NCBI RefSeq assembly: GCF_006345805.1
Contig: NC_043003.1
Location: forward strand, 106,950,001-107,014,000
Length of the DNA stretch: 64,000 nt
Reading direction: 5' to 3'
Source of the DNA: Octopus sinensis
Taxonomy: Eukaryota
The translations under genes and the position numbers were made by a program. Numbering within the stretch: position 1 is the first letter of the stretch; the number at the start of each line of letters is the position of its first letter. This document shows positions 24,725 through 38,136 of this stretch, piece by piece. The notes beneath the pieces are model-generated. The model had not been told where the DNA came from. It saw only the letters and a program-made list of their open reading frames with translations, and searched no databases.

Positions 24725-25755
24725 CAGGGTGCAATGGATAAATTGTTGCCATTTTATATTTTTAATTTCACACACGCCCATTGTCCCTTGCAGTATAGAC
24801 CCTCCCCATCACTTAGAAGTGAGAACTTTTCCTTTTCCTTTCTTCCTGTTCCTTTTTTTTTTTTTCTTTTTTTCTTTTCCTGTCTTGCAAGTTACTTGGC
24901 AACTTCCGAAGTGCTCGTGGCATGGAAAAACAAAAAGGGGGCACCTAGTACATACTGCCAAGTGGCTGGCATCAGGAAGGGCATCCAGGTGTAGAAACCA
25001 TGTCAATGCAGACACCGCAGCCTGATGCAGCCCAGCAGCTCACTGGATCCCCCCAAACCATTCAACCCATGCCAACAGAAGACTGCTTGTATGACAGTGA
25101 CACTCATTTACAACCATCACATGATATCAGGACAAGGGTACATACACACACATACATATGCCATCATCATCATCATCATTATTTAACCTTTTAGCATTTT
25201 AGCATTTTAAACCAACCATATAAAACCCAAATATTCAACCTGTTTTGTGTTCAAACCAGCTAGGATCCTGCCTCTCACACCAACCCGATACTGTCATTCC
25301 AGAAATATACAATCACACAACTGAAATCTCAAAGCTACAATTCTATATTTAAGAGATGAGGAATTATTTACATTCTTTACATTTGATGGATATTTGTCCT
25401 CATCTTGTTTGTTGTTAACCCGTTTCAGCTGATATACCCTCCAGCCTTTACCAGGTGTCTTGGGGAAATTTCGAACCTGGGTTCTCATTCCTCAGGTATT
25501 TTTTTATGTTGTTGTTGCTGTTATTATTATTATCATTATTATTATTATTATTATATTATTATTCAGGTCCTGAAGAACTGCTGGAGATTCCGAAGTCATC
25601 TGGGGGCGATGGTTGAAGCCAATGGCAATTTTATTAAATAAATATACTCTTTATTATTTCAAGATATTTTAATGTAATTTTGGTAAATATACCTGTTAAA
25701 ATGAGATGTCAGTGTTATTTTCATATTTAGACAACAATTTATTCACTCCACCCTG
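24725..25755 (+). mobile_element. Mariner/Tc1-type relic with nested insertions
   Basis: TA-cagggtgcaatggataaattgttgcc...gacaacaatttattcactccaccctg-TA imperfect TIRs. Transposase C-terminus KNCWRFRSHLGAMVEANGNFIK* at about 25575-25641. RTE-UTR, MITE and Penelope-like pieces lie inside. Confidence 0.7.
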
Positions 25756-25990
25756 TATATACTCAAATACATGTATGTATATATATATACACACACAATA
25801 TTTGTGTGTGTGTATACATATATATACATACATACATACTTAATATTTATATATTATATATATACACACAATATTTGTGTATACATATATATACACACAA
25901 CATATATACATACATATATACTTAATATTTATATATTATATATATATACACACACACAATATTTGCGTATACATATATATATACACACAC

Positions 25991-26038
<48 letters not shown>

Positions 26039-27094
26039 TAATATATATATATATATATGTGCATAATATTTATAAATACATACATACTTATATTAAACAC
26101 ACGCGCACACACACACACACACTCACACACATACACATATCACACACACCTATGTTGGTAGCATGGGAAGTTAAGGATGTCGAAACCAATCTTTAAATAC
26201 AGTTGGACATTTATTCAGCTTGGCGTTCCCTCGTTTCTGCCAATGCATCAACCACAAGCAATGTTTTATGGCTAATAAATGTATTAGTTTTGAAACCCAA
26301 CCACTGAGATCATAATACAGTTTGTCACATTTCCTCTTCAACAATCTACTCCAATTCAGTGAAGTGTAGTTATGCAGGATATACATACTTGAATAGTTGA
26401 CTCCATTCGCTGTGACTATACAGAGAAAGAATTTCTACTAAACTTACCCACGCCCTCAACATTGATAGAAGAGAGAGAGAGACAGAGAGAGAGAAGGAGA
26501 GAGAGGATTTCATACAAATGAAGATGTAGATGGAAGACGCTGTACATTAAAAGATCTGTGGAATGTTCTTAAATTATCTGCCATTGTTGCAAGTCCATTT
26601 GAAAGCTGACCAATCTGCTCACACAATAAATGATATTGTGTCGATATTGATTTTGATTTGAAATTCATAGGCATTACAGTTAAAAAGTGATAAAGATCAC
26701 TACACACATAAAGCGAACATGTTTTATTCTGTGCAATCCGATTTACATCTTGCTACAATGATGAAAAACACTGTTCCTTATCAGGAATTTCAGCAACTGT
26801 TTTTGTTGATATTGACAGATGCTAATCACAAAACTATTTACTATGTAAATTTTTACTAGTTTTCCTCCTGTTTCTCTTATAATAAAATCGTCGTCATCAT
26901 CATTATCATCATCATCATCAACAACAACTTTTATTAGCCACAAGGGTCCAAGATGTTGGGGATAGTATTGAGAACAAAGCATAAAGGAATACTGATTGCT
27001 TTTCTTTTCCACAGAGGAATTAGAGAAGGGACAATGTTATAAAGACCAATTGTAATAAAATATGCAAGTTTAATCATTTCTAACAGAAATTTTG

Positions 27095-28047
27095 GGAAGT
27101 TTTCAGTATTCTTTAATACTAGCTGGCCCCTTGGAAGTCTTCAGTATTCTTTAATACTAGCTGGCCCCTTGGAAGTTTTCAGTATTCTTTAATACTAGCT
27201 GAATCCTTAGAAGTTTTCAGTATTCTTTAATACTAGCTGGCCCCTTGGAAGTTTTCAGTATTCTTTAATACTAGCTGAACCCTTGGAAGTTTTCAGTATT
27301 CTTTAATACTAGCTGGCCCCTTGGGAGTTTTCAGTATTCTTTAATACTAGCTGAACCCTTGGAAGTTTTCAGTATTCTTTAATACTAGCTGGCCCCTTGG
27401 AAGTTTTCAGTATTCTTTAATACTAGCTGAACCCTTGGAAGTTTTCAGTATTCTTTAATACTAGCTGGCCCCTTGGAAGTTTTCAGTATTCTTTAATACT
27501 AGCTGGTCCCTTGGAAGTTTTCAGTATTCTTTAATACTAGCTGAACCCTTGGAAGTTTTCAGTATTCTTTAATACTAGCTGGCCCCTTGGAAGTTTTCAG
27601 TATTCTTTAATACTAGCTGAACCCTTGGAAGTTTTCAGTATTCTATAATACTAGCTGAACCCTTGAAAGTTTTCAGTATTCTTTAATACTAGCTGGCCCC
27701 TTGGAAGTTTTCAGTATTCTTTAATACTAGCTGGACCCTTGGAAGTTTTCAGTATTCTTTAATACTAGCTGGCCCCTTGGAAGTTTTCAGTATTCTTTAA
27801 TACTAGCTGAACCCTTGGAAGTTTTCAGTATTCTTTAATACTAGCTGGCCCCTTGGAAGTTTTCAGTATTCTTTAATACTAACTGGCCCCTTGGAAGTTT
27901 TCAGTATTCTTTAATACTAGCTGGCCCCTTGGAAGTTTTCAGTATTCTTTAATACTAGCTGGCCCTTGGAAGTTTTCAGTATTCTTTAATACTAGCTGAA
28001 CCCTTGGAAGTTTTCAGTATTCTTTAATACTAGCTGAACCCTTGGAA
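27095..28047. repeat. 38-bp minisatellite, ~25 copies (ggaagttttcagtattctttaatactagctg[gc/aa]ccctt)
   Basis: Near-identical tandem units with no spacers; two interspersed variants. Confidence 0.97.
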
Positions 28048-28281
28048 AACCCAACAGATGCAAGGTTTTTTTTTTTAGCTTTTAACTTTTTATTTACCCC
28101 TTTAGCAACCACACAGACAAACAGACAAAGACGGGTGATTACAATACCCTGCTCTTGCTTATGCACCCAGGGTAATGAAAAGTCAGTGAAATGGAGGAAG
28201 GACTAGATTTAATTTCACCAGAGTATAAATATCTATAATGGTGATACTTATGAATCGACTCACATCTGCATGTGTATAGAT

Positions 28282-28500
28282 CAGTGGTTTTCAACCAGGG
28301 TTCTGTGGAACCTTAGGGTTCCGCCAGTACAGTCCAGGGGTTCCGCAAGAAGTTACAAAACTGCTAAAATCGGCAGTAATTTTTAATTTTCCTGTGCAGA
28401 TATGTGTGCATAAGACTATTAAATTATTGCACAGGGGTTCCCCGAGCCAGTGGAATGTTTCCTTGGGGTTCCGCTCCAGCAAAAAGTTTGAAAAGCACTG
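28282..28500. mobile_element. hAT (Charlie-like) MITE with 8-bp TSD
   Basis: TIRs cagtggttttcaa / ttgaaaagcactg; perfect TSD gtatagat on both sides. Confidence 0.92.
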
Positions 28501-30079
28501 GTATAGATCATGGTATACCTATGCACATAGACATGTGTGGGTACATATATATATGCAACTGTTTGTGTGCATGTGCGTGTATGTGTGTGTGTGTGTGTAC
28601 AGTGATGGATTCAAGGGCTTCGTTTGTTTATGAGTTGATTTCTTAATTTCAATGGAGTATAAATTACCTAGAATGGTGATACTTAAAAAAAAATAATAAT
28701 TCAATTAAAAAGCATGGGTATGGAACGCTTTGTAAGCCACACTATAAGTTGCAGGAAAATCTATCTGCACCCAGGGTGTGCATCACCCCCAGCCTATTTC
28801 ATTTTCATTAGTACTGAATTACTCTGCTCCTTCCTTAATTTTTCCTCCTTCCACTCACATTCTTGAAACCAATATTATTAGTGCTACCATAAATAAATAT
28901 AAAACAAATTTTCCCTTTCCCAGGTTTTGCTCCAAACATCAAGATTCCTCTTATTCTTCCCTTCAACCCAGAAACATTTTTCAGTTTGCAAACTTAACAG
29001 CAAGTATGGCTGTGTTGACAAGAAGATTGCTTCTCAACCATGCGGTTTGAAGTTCAGTCCCACTGTGTGGCACCTTGAGCAAGTGTCTTCTACTATATAT
29101 TTCTTTACTACCCACAAGGGGCTAAACACAGAGGAGACAAACAAGGACAGACAAACGAATTAAGTCAATTACATCGACTCCAGTGCGTAACTGGTACTTA
29201 ATTTATTGACCCCGAAAGGATGAAAGGCAAAGTCGACCTCGGCGGAATTTGAACTCAGAACGTAACAGCAGACGAAATACAGCTACGCATTTCGCCCGGC
29301 ATGCTAACGTTTCTGCCAGCTCGCCACCTTACTTCTATTATAGCCACAGGTTAACCAGTGTCTCGTGAGTGGACATGGTAGACTGCCTTTGCTGATTATA
29401 ATGAATTCTAAAACTACTCACAAGACAACAATCTGGACATCAGCAGAAATCAAGAGAGAAAATGAAAGCTGATTACACACCCCCAGTATTTAACTGGTAT
29501 TTAATTAGTGACTTTGAAGCAATGAAAGGTGAAGTCAATCTTGATGGGATTTGATCCCAGAGCATGAAGCGTATGGCAGTTTATCTGCCTTTCTACTGCC
29601 TTTGATGTCTATTGTTTATCTTCTGTCTTTCACTTGCTTCAGTTATTGAACTGTGGCCACGCTGGAGCACTGCCTTGAAGGGTTTAATCAATCAAATCAA
29701 CCCTAGGACTTATATTTTTAAGTCTGACACTTAGTGACATTTTTTTTTGCTAAAATGACACTAGTTAGAGGGACATAAACAAACCAGCACCAGTTCTCAA
29801 GTAGTGAGGTGAGGACAAATGGCCACACAAAAACACACAAGCATGTAGATACATGATGGCCTTCCACAGAGTTCCCATCTACCAATTTCACTCACAAGTC
29901 CTGGAGCCATGGTAGAAGACACTTGCCCAAGGTGCTGCACAGTGGGACTGAACTGGAAAGCACATGGTTGCAAAGCCAGTTTCTTAACCACATTGCCTTA
30001 TGTTCTAAAATAAAACTTGACAAAATCCAGTAAGCCAGCTAATATCAAATGTACGGCAAAGTAGAGAAAATTATGAGTC

Positions 30080-30470
30080 ATATGGAAAGATGAACAGAAA
30101 CAATATAAAGAATAGAAAAAAGACAAAGAGAAAGGTTACAGGAGAAGGTTAGAAGGAAATTCCAAAATTTGAATTGCAAAAGAGATGAAAAATAGTAGGA
30201 TTTCTCGACCAGCCAAAAGCTGTTTTTGAAATTAACCATTGTAAGATCCTGTGGAATTTCTTGGTGTAAATTGATCTTGGAATATTGGAACGGCCGAGTA
30301 TAATAAATAAAGAAGAAAAATAAAGCAACGTGTACGGGATTATTGATTTTGTTGTATGAAATGATAGCAGAGCCAAAACGACAGAAAGAGAAACGATAGC
30401 AAAATATCTGGACTTTGCCAGAGAAAAGAGAAAACTCAAAAACACGAGGGTGGAGGTTATATCGTAGAAA
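30080..30470 (+). mobile_element. Degenerate R4/Dong-like LINE fragment (RLE endonuclease region)
   Basis: QPKAVFEINHCKILWNF...IIDFVV*NDSRAKTTERETIAKYLDFARE...VEVI parallels the RLE region seen at 34143-36172. Confidence 0.55.
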
Positions 30471-31684
30471 CACCAGCAACAATAGCAAAATAGCTAATAG
30501 TTTATCCACTCAGTCACTGATGCATCTACATGCATCAGTTGATGCATCTACATGCATCAGTGACACGGCAGGGAAAGTTATTGCGGTTAGTTTTTCAATA
30601 AAGGTTAGCAATCAGTGTGTTCAGCTGTTAACAGAAAGGTTGCTGGTTCATGTCCAGCGAGGGGTGGCTTACTTCTTTAGGTGCAGGTGTCGCTATGTGG
30701 CTAAGAAGATTCCCAACCGCATGGTTTCGGGTTCAAGCCTACAGTGTGGCACTTTGGGCAAATGTCTTCTACTACAGCCCAAGGTTGACCAAAGGCCAAC
30801 AAGTGGATTCAGGTGACAGACACTGAAAGAAACTTGTGTATGTAGAGATAGCTTTTATGTCTTGCTTGTTTCAGTCATTAGACTGTGGCCATGCTGGGGC
30901 ACTGCCTTGAAGAAATTTTAGCCTATTATACCAGTCTCCTTTACCGAGTCACTAAGTTATAGCGACATAAACAAACCAACACTAGTTGTGAAGAGGTGAT
31001 GTGAAGCAAACACAGATATATATATATAGATGCACAGACATATTTGTATGAAAGGCTTCTTTCAGTTTCCTTCTACCAAATCCACTCACAAGGCTTTGGT
31101 CAGCCTGAGGCTATAGTAGAAGACACTTGCCCAAGGTGTCACACAGTGGGACTGAACCTGGAATCATGTGGTTGGGAAGCAAACTTCTTACCACACAGCC
31201 ACACATATGCCTATGTGTGTGTGTGTCTGTGTGTGTGTATGCACACACATATCTTTTATCTTTTACCTGTTTCAGTTATTAGACTGTGGCCTTGCTGGGG
31301 CACCGCCTTGAAGCATTTTGGTCAAATAAATCAACCCCAGTACTTATTTTTTTAAAGCCCAGCACTTATTCTATCGATCTCTTTTGATGAACCGCTGAAT
31401 TACAGAGACATAACACACCAACACCAATCGTCAAGTGGTGGTGCGGAACAAACACACACACCCATATAAAATAACAACTTCCTCTTTAAGAGCACGTGTG
31501 TTTGAAAAGGTTTGACAAAAGCGCTCACATGCTAGAAAAAACTTCTTCCCAAAAATGGTTAGCAACATCCTCGTAAAAGATTTTATAACATTTTTTAAAA
31601 AACAATATTTTTTTAAAAATCACCTTTACACTTTAACAACTGTATTAAGTAATCCTCATAGACTTTCATATATATATACTCTTT

Positions 31685-32070
31685 ACTCTTTTACTTGTTT
31701 CAGTCATTTGACTGCGGCCATGCTGGAGCACCGCCTTTAGTCGACCAAATCAACCCCGGGTCTTATTCTTTGTAAGCCCAGTACTTATTCTATCAGTCTC
31801 TTTCGCCGAACCGCTAAGTGACGGGGACGTAAACACACCAGCATCAGTTGTCAAGCAATGCTAGGGAGACAAACACAGACACACAAACACACACACACAT
31901 ACATATACACGACAGGCTTCTTTCAGTTTCCGTCTACCAAATCCACTCACAAGGCATTAGTCGGCCCGGGGCTATAGCAGAAGACACTTGCCCAGGATGC
32001 CACGCAGTGGGACTAAACCTGGAACCATGTGGTTGGTTAGCAAGCTACTTACCACACAGCCACTCCTGCG

Positions 32071-32072
<2 letters not shown>
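31685..32072 (-). mobile_element. SINE family A, full length, reverse orientation
   Basis: Reverse complement of 24273-24690. Other minus-strand copies at about 15598-16010, 22105-22455, 30855-31210, 33550-33962, 36630-37118 and 49237-49660. Confidence 0.9.
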
Positions 32073-32104
<32 letters not shown>

Positions 32105-32107
<3 letters not shown>

Positions 32108-32413
32108 CCGTAATCACAGTAACCGACCAGGCAATCAGATGTTGTTACACATCGCTGGTCACAATGCGCTTCACATTGTTTTAGCCTTCAAATGACACCA
32201 CCCCACTGGCTAAGCGAGCAGGCCAACATAAGAAAGAGTGAGAGAAAGTTTTGACAAAAGAGTACAGAAAGGATCGCCACCACCCCCTGCCGGAGCCTCG
32301 TGGAGCTTTAGGTGTTTTCGCTCAATAAACACTCACAATGCCTGGTCTGGGAATCGAAACCACGATCCTACAGCCGCGAGTCCACTGCCCTAACCACTGG
32401 ACCATTGCGCCTC

Positions 32414-32416
<3 letters not shown>
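32105..32416 (-). mobile_element. tRNA-derived SINE family C
   Basis: Head gtggaggcgcaatggtccagtggttagggcagtggactcgcgg...gtttcgattcccag with A/B boxes. A related head is at 55853-55565(-). Confidence 0.7.
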
Positions 32417-32458
<42 letters not shown>

Positions 32459-32676
32459 CGTTAAAGACACAAAACTGAGTATTAGTATTTTTCGATCGAT
32501 AACTGATGAAGAATTACGGTCCTTCTGTGTCTGCCCTACGGGTACGTTTTGTAGTATTTAATGCATTTTTCATTTATTTTATATATATATATATATATAT
32601 AAATATATAATATATATATATATATATATATCATCATCATTTAATGTCCGTTTTCCATGCTAGCATGGGTTATATA

Positions 32677-32729
<53 letters not shown>

Positions 32730-32829
32730 TACATTTTTAAACATACCTAATGTGCCTACTATGATAGGAATTGTTTCTGTTTTCAGACTCCACATTCAAG
32801 TTACCTCTATTTCCAGGTCTTATTATTAT

Positions 32830-32874
<45 letters not shown>

Positions 32875-34142
32875 TACGCAACAGGTTTCTTTCAGTTTCC
32901 ATCTACCAACTCCATTGAGAAAGGTTTGATCGGCCTGAGGCTATAGAAGACACTAGCCCAAGGTGCCAAGCAGTGGGACTGAGTCTGGAACCATGTGGTT
33001 GGGAAGCAAGCTTCTTACCACACAGCCACACCTGCGCCTATGACAATAATGGTGTTGGAAGTTTTGAGTCCAATACAAAACTATAGCACATCCGGAAGTA
33101 AGACCTCTAACGATAATTTGAGAGTAATTCAACAACACCTAACTTACCAATAAGCAGAAAAATAAAAAAGATCATCTTTTCCAGCTTATTTTAACATAAA
33201 AGTATGTTTGTTGCAAAAAAATTTAAATATTCATACAACTGTAGAGATTACCGAAATGTCAATAATTCTAGAACAAGCAGTAAATATTACAATTGCTTGC
33301 ATGCAATAATGTTGTTTCAAACATAAAAGGAATTTTGAGCCTTCGACGCTTTCAATTCTGTCCTCTGTTTCCCAGAAGAGTGCAACAGTATTTGAAGTGT
33401 TAAGAATTATTACCAATAGGTATTATGGTGTTAAACCAACTGCAATGGAGTTGAGATGATGTAAGTATTATCACAATTTCGCCTGGTGTATTAATGGATA
33501 CTTCACACCAGATTGCAGTAATAATGTTTTCTACTTTTGGTATACTCTCTTTTACTCTCATTTACTTGTTTCAGTCATTTGACTGCGGTCATGCTGGAGC
33601 ACCGCCTTTAGTCGAGCAACTCGACCCCGGTACTTATTCTTTTTGTAAGCCCAGTACTTATTCTATCGGTCTATTTTGCCGAACCGCTAAGTAACGGGGA
33701 CATAAACACACCAGCATCGGTTGTCAAGCAATGCTAGGGGGGGCAAACACAGACACACAAACACACATACACGCATATATATATATACACATATATACGA
33801 CGGGCTTCTTTCAGTTTCCGTCTACCAAATCCATTCAGAAGGCTTTGGTCGGCCCGTGACTATAGTAGAAGACACTTGCCCAAGGTGTCACGCAGTGAGA
33901 CTGAACCCGGAACCATGTGGTTGGTTAGCAAGCTACTTACCACACAGCCACTCCTGTGCCTATGAGGCCTGAAATTTTGTGGGGAGGGGTTTCAGTCGAT
34001 TACATCGATCCCAGTGCTTCACTAATACTTATTTTACTGACCTTGGAAGGATGAAAGGCATTCAAACACCAAACATTAAGCTGGAAGAAATGCTGCTAAG
34101 CAATTCTTTGTCCAGTATGTTAACAATTCTGCCACCTTGCCT

Positions 34143-35810
34143 ACACACAGAGAAATTAAGGCCAACAGGCCAGATATAGTTGTCAGAGATCATGAAGAAA
34201 AAAAAATGTTTCCTAATTGATGTATCAATACCAGCAGATGACAACGTGTCTCTAAAAGAAATGGAGAAACTTTCAAAATACAAAGACCTGGAAATAGAGG
34301 TAACTCGAATGTGGAATCTAAAAACAGAAACAATCCCTATCATAGTAGGTGCATTAGGTGCGATAAAAAAACATTCAGACAAATACATAACAAAAACACC
34401 AGGACTTACAAACACATATAACATATAGAAAATTGCACTACTGGGCACTGCCCACATCCTACGCAAAACACTTTCGATACAGTAGCCATAAGAGCTTCAC
34501 AACACATACCCAAGGCACACAGAGCTGCGCTCAGTAATGAAGTGAAAGCATGCTATAAAAAATATACTACAGAATAATAATAATGATAATAATAATAATA
34601 ATAATAATAATAATATGTGGCATTTTAAAACAAGAACTGTTCCTGTTATTGTAGGTGTCCTAGGTATGATAAAAAAAGGAATGTTATAAACATCTAGATA
34701 AGATCCCAGGAGAACCAGGTCTCAGAGAAATCCAAAAGATTGTGCTTACAAGTACTGCACACATCCTTAGAAAATTTCTATCCATTTAAATGTCTATGTT
34801 GTATTACATAAAGATATTTCACTACTGCCCCTGCCATTTGCCTTCCTCAAGCTTCCAGTCAAACTGTAACATCTCTTAGCCTTCACTCGCTCCAGGACAC
34901 TGGGTGTATCTCGGTGACTGATTGTAACAAACATGCAGATTAAAAGTAAATAATAATAATAATAATGCTGTGGGACTAACAGAGCAATAGAAGCTAGAAG
35001 GCCTGAATTAGTAGTAGTAGTTGTAGTAGTAGTAGATAAAGAGAATAGAAAGTGCCAGATAATTCACTTTACAGTCCCAAATGATGAAAAAAATCAATAT
35101 GAATGGTATAGAAAAATATAGCAAAGTACCAGGACCCAGCTATTGAATTACAGAGACTATGGAAAGTGCAGGTAAAATGTATCCCAGTAGTTATAGGTGC
35201 ATTGGGATAGAGGAAATAGGCATAAAACCCAGTTTAGTACACCTTCAGAAAACAGTGTTATTAGGGACAGCTAGGATACTGAGGAGGGTTCTCGGCATTT
35301 AAGGTTACTTGTTGTAGCCCGACATTAGGATTTTTTCTTTTCCAACAGCTACGAAAAGATGAAATTAATAAAAGTACAGACTATTAAAAGACGAAATTGC
35401 AAGAATGTGGACTATGAGGAGAGAGTCTGTCATTCCAGCAGTTGTAGAGACACTCGGAGCAGTAACAACCAAGTTCGAAGAATATGTCAGAGAAATCGGA
35501 ATTGACATGAGAGTAGAGCAAACCCCCAAAACTGCTCTGCTGGGGACAACTAAGATTTTGAGATTGGTACTTCGATGTTGAATGACTTTTACGATAATTA
35601 ACAACCAAGTATCAAAGCTTATAATGTGCGGAAAGAGAGTCTGTGAGACCTCTGGCAGCAGGCTGCTGTCCACTCTCACGGAATCTACCAGAACAAACAA
35701 GACTGAATGTTCTGAGAACTAAAACAATGATGAGGATGATGATAATAATAATAACAATAATAATAATAATAATGATAATAATAATAATAATGATAATAAT
35801 AATAATAATG

Positions 35811-35854
<44 letters not shown>

Positions 35855-36172
35855 CCATTGATCATGTGGTCTCCAAGTGCAGTCTTCTAGCGCCTACAGA
35901 GTATCTCAACAGGCACGATAGAGCTGCACAATATATTCACTGGGTAATCTGCAAAAACCTGGATTTGCCCCATGAAAAAAACTGGTGGGAACACAAACCA
36001 CCCCCAGTGCTTGAAAATGACCACATCTCACTCCTCTGGAACTTCACCATTCAAACTGACAGAAAGATAGATGCAAATAGGCCAGACATCATATTGAAAG
36101 ACTTCAAACAAAGAACATGCCTCCTCATTGATATGACTGTCCCAATCGATATAAACGTATCTGTCGAGACCT
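34143..36172 (+). mobile_element. Cluster of five diverged R4/Dong-like (RLE) LINE 3' fragments, mostly separated by (AAT)n tracts
   Basis: ANRPDIVV..CFLIDVSIP..KEMEKLSKYKDLEIE..IPIIVGALG..KIALLGTAHILRK (34143-34485). Homologous ends at about 34616-34790, 34970-35300 and 35360-35580. HVVSKC..YLNRHD..RPDIIL..LLIDMTVP at 35860-36172. Confidence 0.88.
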
Positions 36173-36803
36173 GAAAAATTTCCCTTTCTACTATAGGCAT
36201 AAGGCCTGAAATGTTAAGGGAGAGGACTGCTTGATTACATCAACCCCAGTGCTCAACTGGTACCTATTTCATCGACCCTGAAAGGATAAAAGGCAAAGTC
36301 TACCTCAGTGGGATTTGAACACAGAAGATAAAAAGGGCCGAATAGTTCCACAAAGGGTTCTACTAGTTCACTGCTTTGATAGACTTATGAATACTAAAAG
36401 TGCTCGATAAGGCACAGTAAATATTGCATTTGATTTCGAAATGCAAACAATTAATTCATACTCGTCTGCTGAATAATCAAGTAAAACACGTTATCTGTGT
36501 TAATTAATAATTTATATGGACATTAAAATGATGACGGTGACACTAGTAAATGCATATGGATTATGCGCCAACTCTTGCGTAAATCAGAGCTTTATAGATT
36601 GGGGGGGGATGGGTTATTTTTATATTCCCTTAGTTGTTTCAGTTGTTTGACTGTGGTCATGCTGGAGCACTGCCTTTAGTCAAGCAAATCGACACCAGTA
36701 CTTGTTCTATCAGTCCCTTTTGCCGAACTGCTAAGTTACGGGTATGTAACTACACCAGCATCGGTTGTCAAGCGATGGTAGGAGGACAAACACAGACACA
36801 CAA

Positions 36804-36853
<50 letters not shown>

Positions 36854-37419
36854 GACGGGCTTCTTTCAATTTCCATCTACCAAATCCACTCACAAGGCTT
36901 TGGTTGGCCCGAGGCTATAGTAGAAGACACTTGCCCAAGGTACCACACAGTGGGACTGAACCCAGAACCCTATGGTTGGTAAGCAATCTACTTATCACAC
37001 AATGGTCTTCTTTCAGTTTCCATCTACCAAATCCACTTGCCCAAGGTACCACGCAGTGGGACTGAACCCAGAACCACGCGGTTGGTAAGCAAGCTACTTA
37101 CCACACAGTCACTCCTGTGACTGTTGTCTAATGCTTTGAAGAAAACAAAAACTGAAGACAAGTTTCCATTTTCTAATTGTTCTGACAGAATTGTCAGCAA
37201 ACTGCTTGGTGGCCTTTCATTCGACTTTGCATTTCGAGTTCAAATTCCACTAAGGTCAACCTTACCTTTTGTCCTTTCTGGGGGGGTCAATAAAATAAGT
37301 ACCAGTTGAATACTGGGATTAGTGTAATCGACTAACACACCCCCTCCCCAAATCGCTGGCCTTGTGCCAAAATTTGAAAACATTATCATTATTATTAATA
37401 ATGATGATGATGATGATTT

Positions 37420-37865
37420 TGCTTGTCAGTTGTTTGACCTTAACCAGTTGAGCATGTCCCTTTGAGGCTGACGATATGTGCATCTCTGACCATGAGCAGA
37501 AGTAGTGGGGTAGCATCATAGCCATGTGTTGAGAGGGATTCTTTGGGGTTTGAATAATTCACCTCTGGAAACATGGGGGTTTCTTTTCAACATCCTTAAA
37601 CAACCTTTATTCAGGGACCTTTTGTGTGGGATGGGTTACTTGACCAGAAGAAAATTCTAACTTCATTCCTGCAAGGTCATGTGCTGTTTATTTTGATATG
37701 AGATCACCATGTCACGCACATATGGTTGTGATGCATGTGCCTGGTGTACCATTATCAGACGGGTAGTCATGATGGGTATACTGGGCTTCACATATTTTAC
37801 CCCAGTGTCACTTTGATGGCATGCACTGCTCTCTCGCTCAATAATAATAATAATAATAATAATAA
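37420..37865 (+). mobile_element. Unclassified retroposon 3' end with (AAT)n tail
   Basis: Second copy at about 46470-46720 (gcaaggtcatgtgc...gatgcatgtgcctggtgtacc...ttttaccccagtgtcactttgatggcatg...aataataat). Confidence 0.65.
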
Positions 37866-38136
37866 TGATTCAAGACTTCTTAAGGCAACTGGAAACCCCA
37901 TGCAAGATTGATCTCTTGCAAAAAGTGAACATCTTAAGGAAAGTATTATCTGTCTGAGGTCCTTGTTGTGATTTGACAGATGACTAAAGACTCTGGTGCA
38001 TTTTTACCTACACTGTGTTACGAAGGAATAATAATAATCTAATAGAAATTACTGTAAATTTACTTTTCTTTGATTCACAATCAAAATAAATGACTTGTCA
38101 AAACTGTCAAACTGATTTTGCTGCTGTCCAAGAACG

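Noticed and set aside
27095-28047. 38-bp repeat with internal palindrome as CRISPR
   Set aside because: Contiguous tandem units with no spacers; it is a minisatellite.
31848-32195. Recurring ORFs 'YQIHSQG...CHAVGLNPEPCGW'
   Set aside because: Antisense translations of SINE family A.
32504-32530. CTGATGA hits here and at ~7674 and ~13250 as hammerheads
   Set aside because: No properly spaced stem II-GAAA-stem III and no stem I partner.
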